Positions 13,375 to 25,500 of a DNA stretch of 64,000 nucleotides are shown here, in pieces (the first letter of the stretch is position 1; the number at the start of each line of letters is the position of its first letter). Made by a program: the position numbers and the translations under genes. Location: assembly GCA_013265495.1 (NCBI GenBank), contig MU058463.1, forward strand, positions 2,131,523 to 2,195,522, written 5' to 3'. The notes under the pieces are model-generated. The model had not been told where the DNA came from and ran no database searches. It worked only from the letters and a program-made list of their open reading frames with translations. The stretch is from Vicugna vicugna. Its lineage: Eukaryota.

Positions 13375-13896
13375 TGTGGCCGAGAATAGGTTCTTGTCTC
13401 CGGACAGGAAAGAATTCAAGAGGAAGACATAGTACAGTGGAAGTAAGTTTATTCAGGGATATACACACTCCACAGACAGCGTGATCTGTCTCAGACAGGA
13501 GAGTGGCCCTAACAGATACACATTCCATAGACAGTATGCGGTCTGTCTCACTCAGAAGGGAAAACGGCCGCTAGGTGTGGTAGGTGGTTAGTTTTTACGG
13601 GCTGGGTAACTTCATATGCTAACAAGCTGGAGGATTATTCCAACTATGTTGGGGAAGGGGTGGGGATTTCCAGGAATTAGAGCCCCGCCCACTTTGGCCT
13701 TTTCCGGTCAGCATGAGAACTGTCATGGCGCCTGTGGGTGTGTCATTAGCATTCTGGTGCATTACAATGAGCGTATAATGAGGCTCAAGGTCTCCTGGGA
13801 GTTGAATCTTCTGCCATCTTGGTTCTAACCAGTTTGTCCGCAATCACTGTGTCATTCCTTCAAAGCTTGTGCCTTGCCGCGTTCCCTGCTGTCTCA
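13375..13896 (-). mobile_element. Solo ERV1 LTR, MER41-like
   Basis: TG...CA termini; 4-bp TSD GTTC (13371-13374 and 13897-13900); minus-strand AATAAA; MER41-type cattatacgctcattgtaatgca...ggcgccatgacagtt; homologous to 28261-28907. Confidence 0.85.
13668..13676. promoter_or_regulatory. GAS (STAT) motif TTCCAGGAA inside the MER41-like LTR
   Basis: Exact TTCNNNGAA match at the position matching the STAT1 site of MER41 LTRs; function untested. Confidence 0.4.
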
Positions 13897-16039
13897 GTTC
13901 TAGAAAGTTACTAAGATAGTGAAGCTCAGTTATCAGAACTAAAAGGTCACGTCTACCTAATCAGCAGGACTTGTTGCCAAGTCAAGAAACCCTGTCCTAT
14001 GGGGACGTCTGCCTGAAAGTCAAAGGGAAGCCTTGGAATTCAGGTGAGGTGAGACCTGCAGGTGGGAGTCAAATGACTTGACTACAGTGGGGGAGAAAGG
14101 ACTAGGGGAAAAGAAAAGAAAACAAAACAAAACAAAAAGTCAAGCCCATATCTTTCTCAGTCTTACCTCACTTTGCTTCATAAAATCCTACCTGTCCATT
14201 CCAGCTGCCTATAACGCTTTTCTACCTGCAACCTCTGTCCTGGATCACTGAGCACCAGGCATCCCGGTGCATTTGCAACTGGCCTCTGAAAACATTTTCT
14301 TCAGGTATCCAGATCATGGTTCTCCCTCAAAGCTCACTTTGGAGGAAGAGTCCTAGCTCTGGGTTCTGGCTGGTTCCCCCAGAATTCAGTCTGTGTTTCT
14401 GTGGCCTCAAGTTTCTGGTGGTCCTTTCATTGATATGAAACCCAAATTCATAACCTGATTTTCTTTTGATACAAAGCATTGCCATCACTGAAAAGGAGAT
14501 CTCAAAATGCACCATTAACTCTCCCTGGCAGATAGGAACGTCCATATTGACTCCTCCTTCCCTAGAACTGGACCCTTCATGTGTGAACTTCCAGAAGATT
14601 GGGCCCCAAAGTTTCATCCTCAGTTTTTACTGTCTCCTCTCCATGTCATTGATCTCTCTCCCCTCGTTCCATCCCTAGAGCTTAGCAGGAATTGCCATCT
14701 TGTTTCAGGGCCAGATTGACCGTTTATGGCATGCAAGTGATGTCTTTGTCTTGATAACTGTCTCCAAATATGAGCTCTGGAAAGTTGCTTTGCTTCCAGA
14801 ACCTCTTAACTCAGGATAAGATATGGGTCCTACAGACCATTAGAAAGCTTCGGACTTGGGTATAAGGAAACTACTCATAAGCTGCTCTAGTTATTGAAAA
14901 TAGCAAAATAAAGGTCTTTCTGGTGTTTTAGTATATCTGTCTCCAAATACCAAGAAAATAATGTATCAACTGAGCTAGACAAATGAGTTGGTTAACAGTG
15001 TTCTGAAAGGAGACAACACTTAACCAGCAGTCATCTTCTGTACAGTGGGAAAAAAAAAGCCATAATTAGTACAGAGGACTTGCATTTATTTTTCTGTTGT
15101 GAGCTGAGCTTAATCAAAATATCCACTGGTCGTAACCATCCAACATAAAATAATTAAGAGTAAAAGCAAGCATTATCTATCTTTAATACCTGGTACAGAA
15201 TGCAAATACCCCTCAAATATTTACTGACGCTTAAAAGTCAAATTAATCATAGCAATTTCCCATAGTAGCTCAGAGTATGTCAGAGCAAAGGGCAGCAGAA
15301 CATTTAATTACATTCTAAACTATGGATAAAGGGAAACACTAAAAAAAGTGGATTTGGAGACAGCAACAAAAGTCAGATGTCATCAGTAAGATTACATTTT
15401 GAATTTGATTTAATGTAGGGCAAAAAGATTAGTAAAGCTTTTATCCTAACTATATTTTTGTACAGAGGACACTGACACTTTTTGTCCCTCAGAAAATTAC
15501 CAAATGTGAGAATACAAATGCTAATAAAAAGCTTTCAGCTTCCTTTCAGATCCTGGCACATACTCTAGAGTTCACGCTGTGGTCATCAAGAGAAATCTAT
15601 GGAAAATAAAGCTGCACAGAACTGCAGATCATCAGCTAGCTTAACCTTGTCAAGCAGGGATGAGACCAAAAGTGCCATGTGACAGACTGACAGAAAAGAA
15701 AGCTAGTGAAGAAAACACTCTAAGGAAGGGATGGTAAGAAAGTGAATGAGGTCTGTACTCTACCATGGCCAAGGTCAGAGAAAACTGATACAGGTATTAT
15801 ACGTTCTGGCCAACGGGTAAGTTCCAGCAGTCTTTTTTAACTTTTCCACAACCCTGTATACACAATCTTGATGATGGGCAATGAGGGTCATCTGGAGTGA
15901 TGACATTTCTAATTGTACAAATTATATTCCTGATGTCCTAATACCAAGGTTATTACAGTTCAAACATTGTATGGTGGACCATGTAAGATCATAAATTACA
16001 GAAAAAAGAACTACAGTAATTTTTAATTTCCTAGGATTT

Positions 16040-16500
16040 TTATTATAGTCTTAAGTTATAGTAAAATATGCATAATATAAAGTATACTGTTTTAACCATT
16101 TTCCAGTAGTGTTAAGTACATTCACACTGATGTATAACCAATTTCCAGAATTCTTCTCATCTTGCAAAAATCTGAAACTCTGTTTCTATACCCATTAAAC
16201 AACAAATCCCTCCCCCAGCCTCTGGCAACCACCATTCTACCTTCGATCTCTATTAATTTTGAATACTCTAGGTACTTTACAGAAGTAAAATCATACAGTA
16301 TTTGTCTTTTTGTGACTGGCTTATTTCACTTAGCCTAATATTCTCAGTGTTCATCCATGTTGCATATGTTTCAGAATTTCCTTCCCTTTTAAAGCTGAAT
16401 GATCTATCGTATATAAAGATGACTTTTTGTTCGTCCGCTCATCCATCGGTGGACACTTGGGCTGCTTCCACATTTTGGCTGTTGTGAACAATGCTGCTAT
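16040..16500 (-). mobile_element. L1MB-like 3' end
   Basis: ttaagtacattcacac, cccagcctctggcaaccaccattctac, ttgtgactggcttatttcacttagc, tgtgaacaatgctgctat. Confidence 0.85.
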
Positions 16501-16849
16501 AATCTAGACTTTCTGTCTTAACTATGTTTAGCTGTGCCTCAGACCTGCATTGATGAAAAAACTGCTGTATCAAGTCACTCACACACCTGCTGGATGAGAA
16601 GACTGACCACAAAAATGTGATGTCTTTTGCTAAAACTTTAAGTTTTTGAACCTATGCAACTCTGTCCCCGTCCTTCCTACCTTCTGATGTTTTAATACGT
16701 ACCTGTAAGACACCTGTAAAAACCTTAGAGAAGAGGCATAATGTGAACTTTGAAAAATTATATCCCACCTTGGGAGAAGAGGGAATAAGTCAAAATCTGG
16801 GGTGAGGGGCCCACATGTGTGGCTTAAAGAAGCTCCAACATCATCCTGA

Positions 16850-17582
16850 CTTTTTTTGACGTATAGTTGATTTACAATGTCATGTTAGTCTCTGGTGTAC
16901 AGCATAGTGATTCAGATATACACATAAATATATATATATATATTCATTTTCACATTTTTTCATTGTAGGTTACACAAGATACTGAATATAGTTTCCTATG
17001 CTATACAGTAGGACCTTGTTGGTTGTCTATTTTATATACAGTAGTTAGTAACAGCTAATTCCAAACTCACAATTTAGCCCTCTTCCCCTGGTAACCAAAA
17101 GTTTGTTTTCTATGTCTGTGAGTCTGCTTCTGGGTTGCATAGGTTCAAAAACAATGTTTTAAGCAAAAGACATCACATTTTTGTGGTCAGTCTTCTCATT
17201 TTGTAAATAAGTTCATTTGTGTCTTTTTTTTTTTTTTAAGATTCCACATATGTGATATCATATAGTATTTGTCTCTCTGGCTTACCTCACTTAGTATGAT
17301 AATCTCTAGGTTCATCCAGTTTGCTGCAAATGATATCACTTCACTCTTTATTGGCTGAGTAATATTCCATTGTATATGTATCCATCACATCGTCTTTATC
17401 CAGTCATCTGTCTGTGGACATTGAGGTTGCCTCCATGTCTTTGCTATTGTAAATAGTGCTGCTATGAACATTGGTGTGCATGTATCTTTTCAAATTAGTT
17501 TCCTCTGGATATATGCCCAGGAGTGGCTAATATGGTAACTATTTTTAGTTTAAGGAATCTCCACACTTTTTTCCATAGTTGA
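16850..17582 (-). mobile_element. Cetartiodactyl-type L1 3' end
   Basis: gtatagttgatttacaatgt...ggtgtacagcatagtgattcag...ggtaaccaaaagtttgttttctatgtctgtgagtctg...gctgctatgaacattgg. Confidence 0.9.
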
Positions 17583-18077
17583 CATGTAACTTCTTGAGAC
17601 CTATACCAGTAACTCCCTGGCCTTAAGATTTCACTGCCCAGTAAAATGTGAAAAAATAAATAAATAAATCCTAAAAGAAAAACGTTGAAAATTAAGTAGT
17701 TTGGGATTTAAGACTTTTTTTTAAGTCTAAAAGCTTTAACTTGATGAAAAACTCACTTCTTTACTAGAACAAATAAGAACTATCTCAAGCACACCACACA
17801 GGAACCATTTGACCCCTATGGTCTATAAGGTACAATTAGCACCTCACTGGTTACTAGCCAAGCTTCCTTCCTTCCTGCCACATGATCTCCACCACGCCCC
17901 AGAGGAAGGACAGGAGTTGTAAGATCCATTTCAAGGGTAAGAAAACTCATGCTCAGTGGGTAAATGAGCTGCCATAGGCAACATGATCAGGAAATGGCAA
18001 AAATCAAATGTAGAATCCTAGACTTTTCCATGGAACACAGAACTGAGAGTGTTTAGAAACTTTTACAACAATTTACA

Positions 18078-18205
18078 GGGCGGGGTGTAGCTCAGCGGTG
18101 GAGTGCTGCCTGGCGTGCATGAGGTCCTGGGTTCATTCCCCAGTATCTCCATTAAAATAAACAAACCTAATTACTCCCCCCCCAAAAAATAAATAATTTA
18201 AAAAG
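18078..18205 (+). mobile_element. tRNA-derived SINE (camelid Vic-1-like)
   Basis: A box tagctcagcggtgg, B box ggttcattccc, then cagtatctccatt and an A-rich tail. Confidence 0.8.
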
Positions 18206-18889
18206 TAAATTCTATTATACAAAAAAAATAAATTTTGTGTCTTGGGAGTTTCTATTTCATTTTTCTCATTATTCATTTTGCTGTATTCTAAAAAGTATCA
18301 GCTCACAAAACTTTGAAAATTAAAGAAAACGAAATTATTCCTTGACCACAGAAAGTCCGAGAAGCATTGTTGGACTCAAACTGCTCTCAAAGGCAAATCA
18401 ATCCTTACACGGGTGAAAATAAATAAGCATCAGAAATTCCACTCACCATCGCAAAATATTTTATAAGTAATAAACAGATGCAAATATTCACAAAATATGA
18501 GAATTTTTTAACCAGCTTATGAAAACAGCACATAATACACAAAGAGGTAAAGACTTTAAAACAGCAGATATCAGGGACAGAATCTGAAAGTGAAGGTTAA
18601 ATGTCACCAGCAAGGACACAGGATGGGTTCAACATGGCATAGTTCATTCATCGCACACAGAAGAAACCACAGCCTTGCCCAACCACAGCCCCCGTGCCAA
18701 CCATTCCTTAGGTCACTGGCCCTCCCTGCCAGAGAGAACACCCTGGGCCTTCTCATCACCTTGGGTCACTTCACAGGTCAGGAATAAATGGCCAAAGAAG
18801 TGTCTTTGGCACCCAGCTGAATGATCTCATCATCTGCGTACTGCAGTCCTATAGCGTTGTTTTTTTTTCTTTTTAATAAATTGGGAGAT

Positions 18890-18975
18890 GGTGGGTAGAG
18901 TACTCAGTGGTAGAGTGCATGCTTAGCATGAATGAGGTCGTGGATTCAATCCCCAGTACCTCCATTAAAAATATA
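18890..18975 (+). mobile_element. tRNA-derived SINE (camelid Vic-1-like)
   Basis: ctcagtggtagagtgcatgcttagcatgaatgaggtcgtggattcaatccccagtacctccattaaaa. Confidence 0.85.
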
Positions 18976-20536
18976 TTTTTTTTCAGGTTCAATACAATGT
19001 ATAGCATTAAAACCAGATTCTTCTTTGAGGTAATAAGCTATATTCTACAAGTTTCTATCTCTGATAAGTTGATCCTTTAAAGCTATGAAGTTTATAACAG
19101 AACTACTGTGAACATTCTTATAAACATAAATTGTTTTGCATTCAGGTTTCTTTCCATTGCCTTAATTTTCAGGTAACTATACTCCTTTTTTTCCATCCCA
19201 AGTAGCAATTTACCGTCCTTGATACTTACATACCCAAATAATTGCAGATGGTTATCGAGGCCTATCTTTGCTGTCTCTAAGCCAAGGTGAACCTATTTAA
19301 TTCCCTTAACCTGTCCTCCTCAGTCAGTCCTTCCAACCCCTTCAATCATCATCCTGATTCCTCGTCTGAACTTTTTCCAAGAAAATGTCTACATCTTTCC
19401 TGGTCTCAGGCTCCCAGAACAAATGTGGTTTTCAGGTGCCACTTCATCAGAATCACTTCCCTACCCCGAGGTAAATCTCTTGAATTCTTCACATCCCTTT
19501 GGTCTTTCTTCCCCCTTCCTATACCCAGCGTGGGTCCAAGGTATTTCACTGCCTAAGGCAAAAGGAGGCTCCTTTTCTTTTATGCCATGTAATTGGATTC
19601 ATTTCAGAAAGTTTCTCACTCCCCACTTTGCTCCTGAATTATAGATAGGCTTCTAAACTACTTGGTTGCAAGACGTCATAAATAAATCCAAGGTCTTGCA
19701 GTATTTGGAAAGGTCATGAGCTCTAGGAGGCAGACTAGAGGACTCTGATAATTCAACTTCATTTCTAAAAGCCTTAGTTTCCTCATTTTTAAAACTGGCT
19801 AAAATGACAATTTTAAAATATACGTAAAATATATGTAAAAATAAGGAAATTATACGAAATTATTTGTAACAGGTAAGAAATTATTTAAAGTACATTTTCT
19901 TTGTTTTTTTAATAATAATTTTTGTTTGTTAGGGGAAAAGTAAGGCCACAAAGTGACTTAGCAAAAGTAAACACTGCACTTGGAAGACATGCTACCAGTA
20001 ATCAAGACTGTATGCTTTCTCTCTCAGAAGTCTTCAAAATCATAAAAGATATGCTGTTTAAATATATACTGGCCAGCTCTAGTCCTATCAGGGAAGAGGA
20101 ATTCACCCACTCCTCAGTCTGTGTTGTTTCTTCCATTTCTCCCAAAGAGCAGCCTTTGTGTACCCATGAAATTTCGTTTTCAAAAACCACATTACAAAAG
20201 CTACTTTTTCAGTCAGGGTCTAAAGGGAAAGAAATTTAAAGTATACAGATTATCAGACTCATTTAAAAAGTTAATTTTTTCTGCAGAAAAAATTTTAAAT
20301 AAAGGCATTTGCTATAGCCAGCTTTTAAAGTCAGACCATTTTACTGAACTTAATGTTGAACACTCAGCCTTTGTTCAAGAGTAAAAGCATTTCGTTTCTA
20401 CGTCTTTTCCTCCACATTCTTCCCCACCTCAAACACTCTAGTCATTAGCATTATCAGCCTACTGGCAATTCCTTTGTAGCCTCCCACAGGATGAAGACCA
20501 CAGTCATCACTAAAGCCCCGCTCACCTCTCACACCC

Positions 20537-20603
20537 GCTGGATGCTGGATGCTGGATGCTGGATGCTGGATGCTGGATGCTGGATGCTGGATGCTGGATG
20601 CTG
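20537..20603. repeat. Perfect heptanucleotide tandem repeat (GCTGGAT)9 plus GCTG
   Basis: Read directly from the sequence. Confidence 0.97.
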
Positions 20604-20604
20604 A

Positions 20605-20955
20605 CCATGCTGACTGCTGAGCTGGCTCCGGCCGGAAACGCTCACGCCCCATTTATTGGGTGTGTTGATGGCCAACAGTTCTCAGCTGCCTCTGTCTCCA
20701 GTAATTGCCTTGCATTGAAGACAGCATCCTCACCCAAGGGTTACCACCCCACTCACCTGCATCCAATGATTGGTCAGTTAGACATGTTAAAGGCTTAGAA
20801 CTGGCTGAGGCCTTTTTAGCAAGCCTCTGTAGTTCAGCTTCTCCCAGGGCCCAATCCTGCTTCCTTCATCCCCCCTAGATGTTGAACTCACACACTTTCC
20901 AATAAAATTTCTGCACTTGAATCTCTGTCTTGGATTCTGCTTTCCAGGAACCCAG
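20605..20955 (+). mobile_element. LTR16-like (ERV-L class) LTR
   Basis: 3' end ccaataaaatttctgcacttgaatctctgtcttggattctgctttccaggaaccca; left boundary uncertain. Confidence 0.65.
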
Positions 20956-21561
20956 CGCGCTCCAAGGAAACAGACTCTGAAGTGCGATTTCGCTAAAGGA
21001 TGAACAGCTGGGCTACCAGCCATAAAGCCCGCCTCACTGTGGGTAGGAGGAGCAGAGAGAGCTCCTTGCACAGGTAGCAGTGCAATTATTAAAACTTTCA
21101 CCAGTGGAGATCTGGGCCTGTGTTCCATGGAAGGGAGTGCATGGGCTGATGCTGCGTATCAGACATTCGGATGCATGTTGCTGGGATCAACAGATGCTCT
21201 GGGGAAAGACAATGAATTCTTGAGAGTGGCTGATCACCAGTTAAAGTGTAAGTGTTCACGTTAGGGGCCTCCTTAAGCTGTATGCAAAGAGATGCCCACA
21301 TTTTACAACCAGAAGGCAAGAAAAATTTAGGATTAGACCCAGGACTTAATTTAAGAATAACAGAGCTCCAGGAGAGGCTGTAATTTCAACCTTGACCCTT
21401 TCATTATTCCAAGGTCAGGGCTCTGGTTCAGAAGTAGTGGGAACATAAGAGATGGGGTGAAGATATCTGAAGCGATGCATTAAGAAATGTTAAAAATTCT
21501 CCGATTTTCCTGAGCCTTCTGGGCCTGCAGAAGTGGTCCACTCCTCCCTGTTAAAGACTAG

Positions 21562-22131
21562 TGTCAGTGCAAATACTCATGAACTACCTATAATAAAGAA
21601 TAGAAGAGAGTTTTGTTCAAGACAAGATAAAGACTGTAGCTCAGTAGACAGAGATTCAAGAAGCACCTGAATTGTGTTCCGCTGGACTACAAGATGGGGG
21701 AGGCCTATACGGGCAAAAACTGCAAAGTTACATAAGTTGTTTGTCAAGAATTAGCATTGGAGCTGGCAAGTAAGTATTCTTGCTTGTTAAGCAACAATTG
21801 GTTGCAGCGGAAGGGAAGCGGCTCAGTGGTAGAGCACATGCATGAGGTTCAATCGCCAGTACCTCCATTAAAATAAATGAGTAAGTAAATACCTAGTTGG
21901 GGTCTGAGACAAGGGGAGACCTTGAGACCAGAAGGTTGCAGCTGGTAGCAGATAATTGTTTTAAGAATGGCTGGTGGTGTCCTTGAATTTGGTACAGTTC
22001 AAAAACTTCAAGTTCTTAGTGATGCTGGAACATATCTGAAACCACATCTATAATGGTCATGTGGCTCCATTTTGGATGTTTGAACCACAGTTACTCCATT
22101 CGATTTTTCAATAATCTTAAATATGTCATCA
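21562..22131 (-). mobile_element. Solo ERV1-class LTR
   Basis: TG...CA termini with 4-bp TSD CTAG (21558-21561 and 22132-22135). Confidence 0.65.
21807..21895 (+). mobile_element. Degenerate Vic-1-like SINE inside the LTR
   Basis: gctcagtggtagagcacatgcatgaggttcaatcgccagtacctccattaaaataaat. Confidence 0.75.
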
Positions 22132-23394
22132 CTAGTGACAGACCTAAAAATGAAGGGACTTCTGTCTTAAACAAGATTACACACACACACACAGAGCACT
22201 GTTGATCTATTCCCACCTCCTGGCCACAACACAATAACTAGGAATAAGTCAAAATGAAATCCTGCTGAAGAAGTATTGGATCTGCTAACAAAGCAAAGAG
22301 ATTATGCCTTAATATTGCCACAGGGCCCCAAGAAAACCCAGTAGAAACAGGAATACAAGGCTGAATTCTGAGTCCCACATCAGTACAAGCAGAACATACA
22401 ACGGGACCAACAAGAGTTTCGGTGATGACAATACTCCTCTGTGACACAGCATTTAACACCCTGGTCCAGGTCCAGGGAGACAGCGCAGCTAGGACGGCTT
22501 GGGGAAGGTGAGAGCCCTCACTAAATGAGCAGAAATACCACAATTAATAACAGTGAAGAAGGGATCGAAAGACTCGGAGAAGCCGGCATGCTAAAGTGCA
22601 AGAAATAAATGGTAAAAATGAATGAATAAATGAATAAATAGCTTCCCTTTCCTTGGGAAGACACATTTATATATTGTTGCCAGAATTTTCTTTCTAAAAC
22701 TCAAACCTGATCACATTACTCCTCATTCTCACATACCAAATAAAATTCCATCTAGTTGTTTTCAATTTAATGTTATTTTTTATTATGTGTGCTGGCATGT
22801 ATTTGCCATATCAAAAAATACTTGTTGAATAAGCAAAAGGACCTACTGACCTCTTAGGACTCAGTTCCTCCCACCACGTCCTCTTCTAAAAAGCTCTCAT
22901 TTGAAAGGACGGACACGATGACTTTCTCACCATTCCCCAAATATGATGGCTGCTTACAGCCTGTGCCAGCTGATAACCCTGCTTCAAATGCTATTTCAAC
23001 GTCCTTTTACTCATTCACCCAACAAATATTTACTGAGGGCTACACACACCCTCCCTGCCAACTCCAATTCACTCTTCACGTCATCCTCTCCGAGCAGGGA
23101 TTCCTGGCTTCCCCTAAGTGGCGTTCTCTCGGCCTTGACACCTTGGACCTTCCCCCTAAAACCATCCCCTCTGAACTGCTGTTTGTCAGTTTACGTTGTC
23201 TCTCCACTTCGTGGAGTGCACTCACAGCTCAGACTCCAGCAAATGGGAAGGCGTGTTGCAAATACCTATTTCCTTCATCTGCCTGGTTTCATTTCCAATG
23301 CTCTGCTTGCAGCAACACTCCTACTTCTTTCGGGGAACTACTGCACTCTCTCCCTGACCCCCACTCTGTGTGGCTCCAACTGCTAATCACGGCT

Positions 23395-23770
23395 GTCTGG
23401 TCAGAGATGTCACACGTGCCCTTAGTGGCAGAGGCAGGCATGTGACCCAGCTCTGCCAGCTAATGCATCTCTTTGGTCCAAGGATGGCATGTGACCTAAG
23501 CCAGACAAATAAGAGTCCTTCTTTGGGATATTATATATGGGCCCTGCACAGGGAGGAGCTCCCTTTTCCCATGGGGGTTACTTGCTTAAAGCAGCCTCTG
23601 GCCATGACTTCCCGCTCTCATGACCTGAAGGAAGCGCTTCTGAAATAGGGAGAATGTAGCCAAAGAGCAGAGAGAAGCAGAGTCGGGTGAGCAGACCTAA
23701 AATTATTGTAGTCTCTGAAGTCCCTGAGGCCAGATACACCCCTAGTCATTCAGGGTTAAATCATTTAAAA
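23395..23770 (+). mobile_element. MLT1J/K-like MaLR LTR
   Basis: gcatgtgaccca...ggatggcatgtgacctaagccag...gagagaagcagag...gtccctgaggccagatacacccct. Confidence 0.65.
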
Positions 23771-24659
23771 AAAAAAATGTTGAATGAACACAAAATTTTA
23801 AAAAATACTTTCAAAACAGTGTTCATTATCAAAGCTCAATTCAAACGTATTTAATTATTCCATAAGTGACTATTCAGTCTCTACTGCTGGCTGGCATTCT
23901 TTGAGATGCTAGACTGGCAGAAGCAAACACCTTACTCTTTTCATAACAGAACGCCATTTATGACGCTATTTGAAATTAGCATTTACCCCAAAAAAGTAAA
24001 TGAGCCCTTAGAATTTTATTAAATATTTATATTTTAGAGTGGTAAATCCAACCTTCTTTTATTGCATTTATATTCTTGATCATTGGGATAATTTATACTC
24101 TAGTGTGAAAGCAGATAATATACCCCCAAAATGGTATAGATACTGGATCACTCATGTAAAAGTCAGCTAAACAGGAAACATATCAAACGAGCTCAGGAAT
24201 AAAAATGTATACTATATGTATTTGTCATAAAAATTGAGATTGACTTGATTCTCAGTAAGGCAAGAATGATAACGTAAGAATGATAAAGTAACGTTACCAA
24301 TTTACAAGATTACTTCTTAAGGATCTCTCTAACTTGCCACCTAAATTCACTGACATGTTTTCCCTAAAATAGATTAGCATGAGGAGAGGTACCAGACTGC
24401 AAATATAAGTGGTCAGTGTTCCTCTTGAAAAGTATGCCCCAAACTTAACATCCTTAAAGATGTGATCTAGCCCAGAGAGAATACAGGATTACTACCACCC
24501 CTCAGCTGTGAATCCTGACTGCAGTAGAGGGAAAGATTCAAGGATTAAATACTTGAGGTGTGAATTCTGACAGAATAACTCAAAACTGTGACATGCAATT
24601 TTTCACAAGGCACCAAAGAATGAGGCCAGTAGTTTCAAGCAAATAACTTAGCTAGACCG

Positions 24660-24845
24660 AGTTGAGTTTCCCAAATCTGACTGTACATCAGCAGCATAGC
24701 TTTTTAAAACCACAGCTACCTGGGTATCTACCTACCAGTCAGATTCTGAATCAACAGAGCTAACACAAAACTTGAGTATTGGTTGTTTTTTTTTTTCTCC
24801 CGTTCCCAAGATCATAGTAATGCAAAGTCAAATTTGAGATCTGGA
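24660..24845. mobile_element. MER5-like hAT-Charlie DNA transposon
   Basis: tttcccaaatctgactgtacatcag...cagattctgaatcaa...taatgcaaagtcaaatttgaga. Confidence 0.5.
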
Positions 24846-24949
24846 AAATTGCCCAGCGCTCCTATGTGAATGTAGCTTCTTTTTCTCTCCCATGCACACT
24901 CAACGTTTTTTTAACGTTCATTAACTGAGATATAAAACTTCAGCTAATA

Positions 24950-25500
24950 TGTTTTAATTATACAATGTTGTGTTAGTTTCCAGTGTACAGCAAGGTGTTC
25001 AGTTACATACTCTTTCATATTTCTTCCCATTATAGTTTATTACAAGGTACTGAATATAGTTCCCTGTGCTATATGGTAGGACCTTATTTATTTATTTTAC
25101 TCACAGTAGCTTGCATTTGCCAATCCCAAACTCCTAATTTATCCCTCTCCTCACCATCCCTCTCCTCCATTTTCCACTTTGGTAACCAGAAGTTTGTTTT
25201 CTATACCTGTGATCCTGTTTCTCTTTTGTAAATAAGTTCATTTGTATCATATTTTACATTCCACATATAAGTGATATCATATTATATCTCTCTTTCTCTG
25301 AGTTAGTTCACTTAGTATGATAATCTCTAGGTCCATCCATGTTGCAGCAAATGGAATTATTTCATTCTTTTTATTGGCTGAGTAGTATCCCATTATATAC
25401 ATATACCACATCTTTTTTATTCATTCTTCTGTCAGTGGACATTCAGGTTGCTTCCATGTCCTGACTATTGTAAATAGTGCTGCTGTGAATATTGGGTGCC
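24950..25500 (-). mobile_element. Cetartiodactyl-type L1 3' end
   Basis: tacaatgttgtgttagtttccagtgtacagcaa...ttggtaaccagaagtttgttttctat...gtaaatagtgctgctgtgaatattggg. Confidence 0.9.

Larger units (their letters stand above)
20956..22600 (+). mobile_element. ERV3-16A3/HERV16-like internal relic, interrupted by an ERV1 LTR
   Basis: Leader ccaaggaaacagactctgaag...ggtagcagtgcaattattaaaactttcaccagtgg follows the LTR; gag-like DNA resumes after 22135. Confidence 0.6.

Noticed and set aside
18078..18150. tRNA gene
   Set aside because: It has A and B boxes but also a SINE tail and diverged sister copies; it is a tRNA-derived SINE, not a functional tRNA.
20398..20798. ORFs with SSIQHPA / WMLDAGC repeats
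   Set aside because: Translations of the (GCTGGAT)n array.
22918..23445. Longest ORF (175 aa) and the overlapping 147-aa ORF
   Set aside because: Pyrimidine-rich DNA with L2-like and MLT1 remnants; Ser/Leu/Pro-biased translation with no recognisable family.
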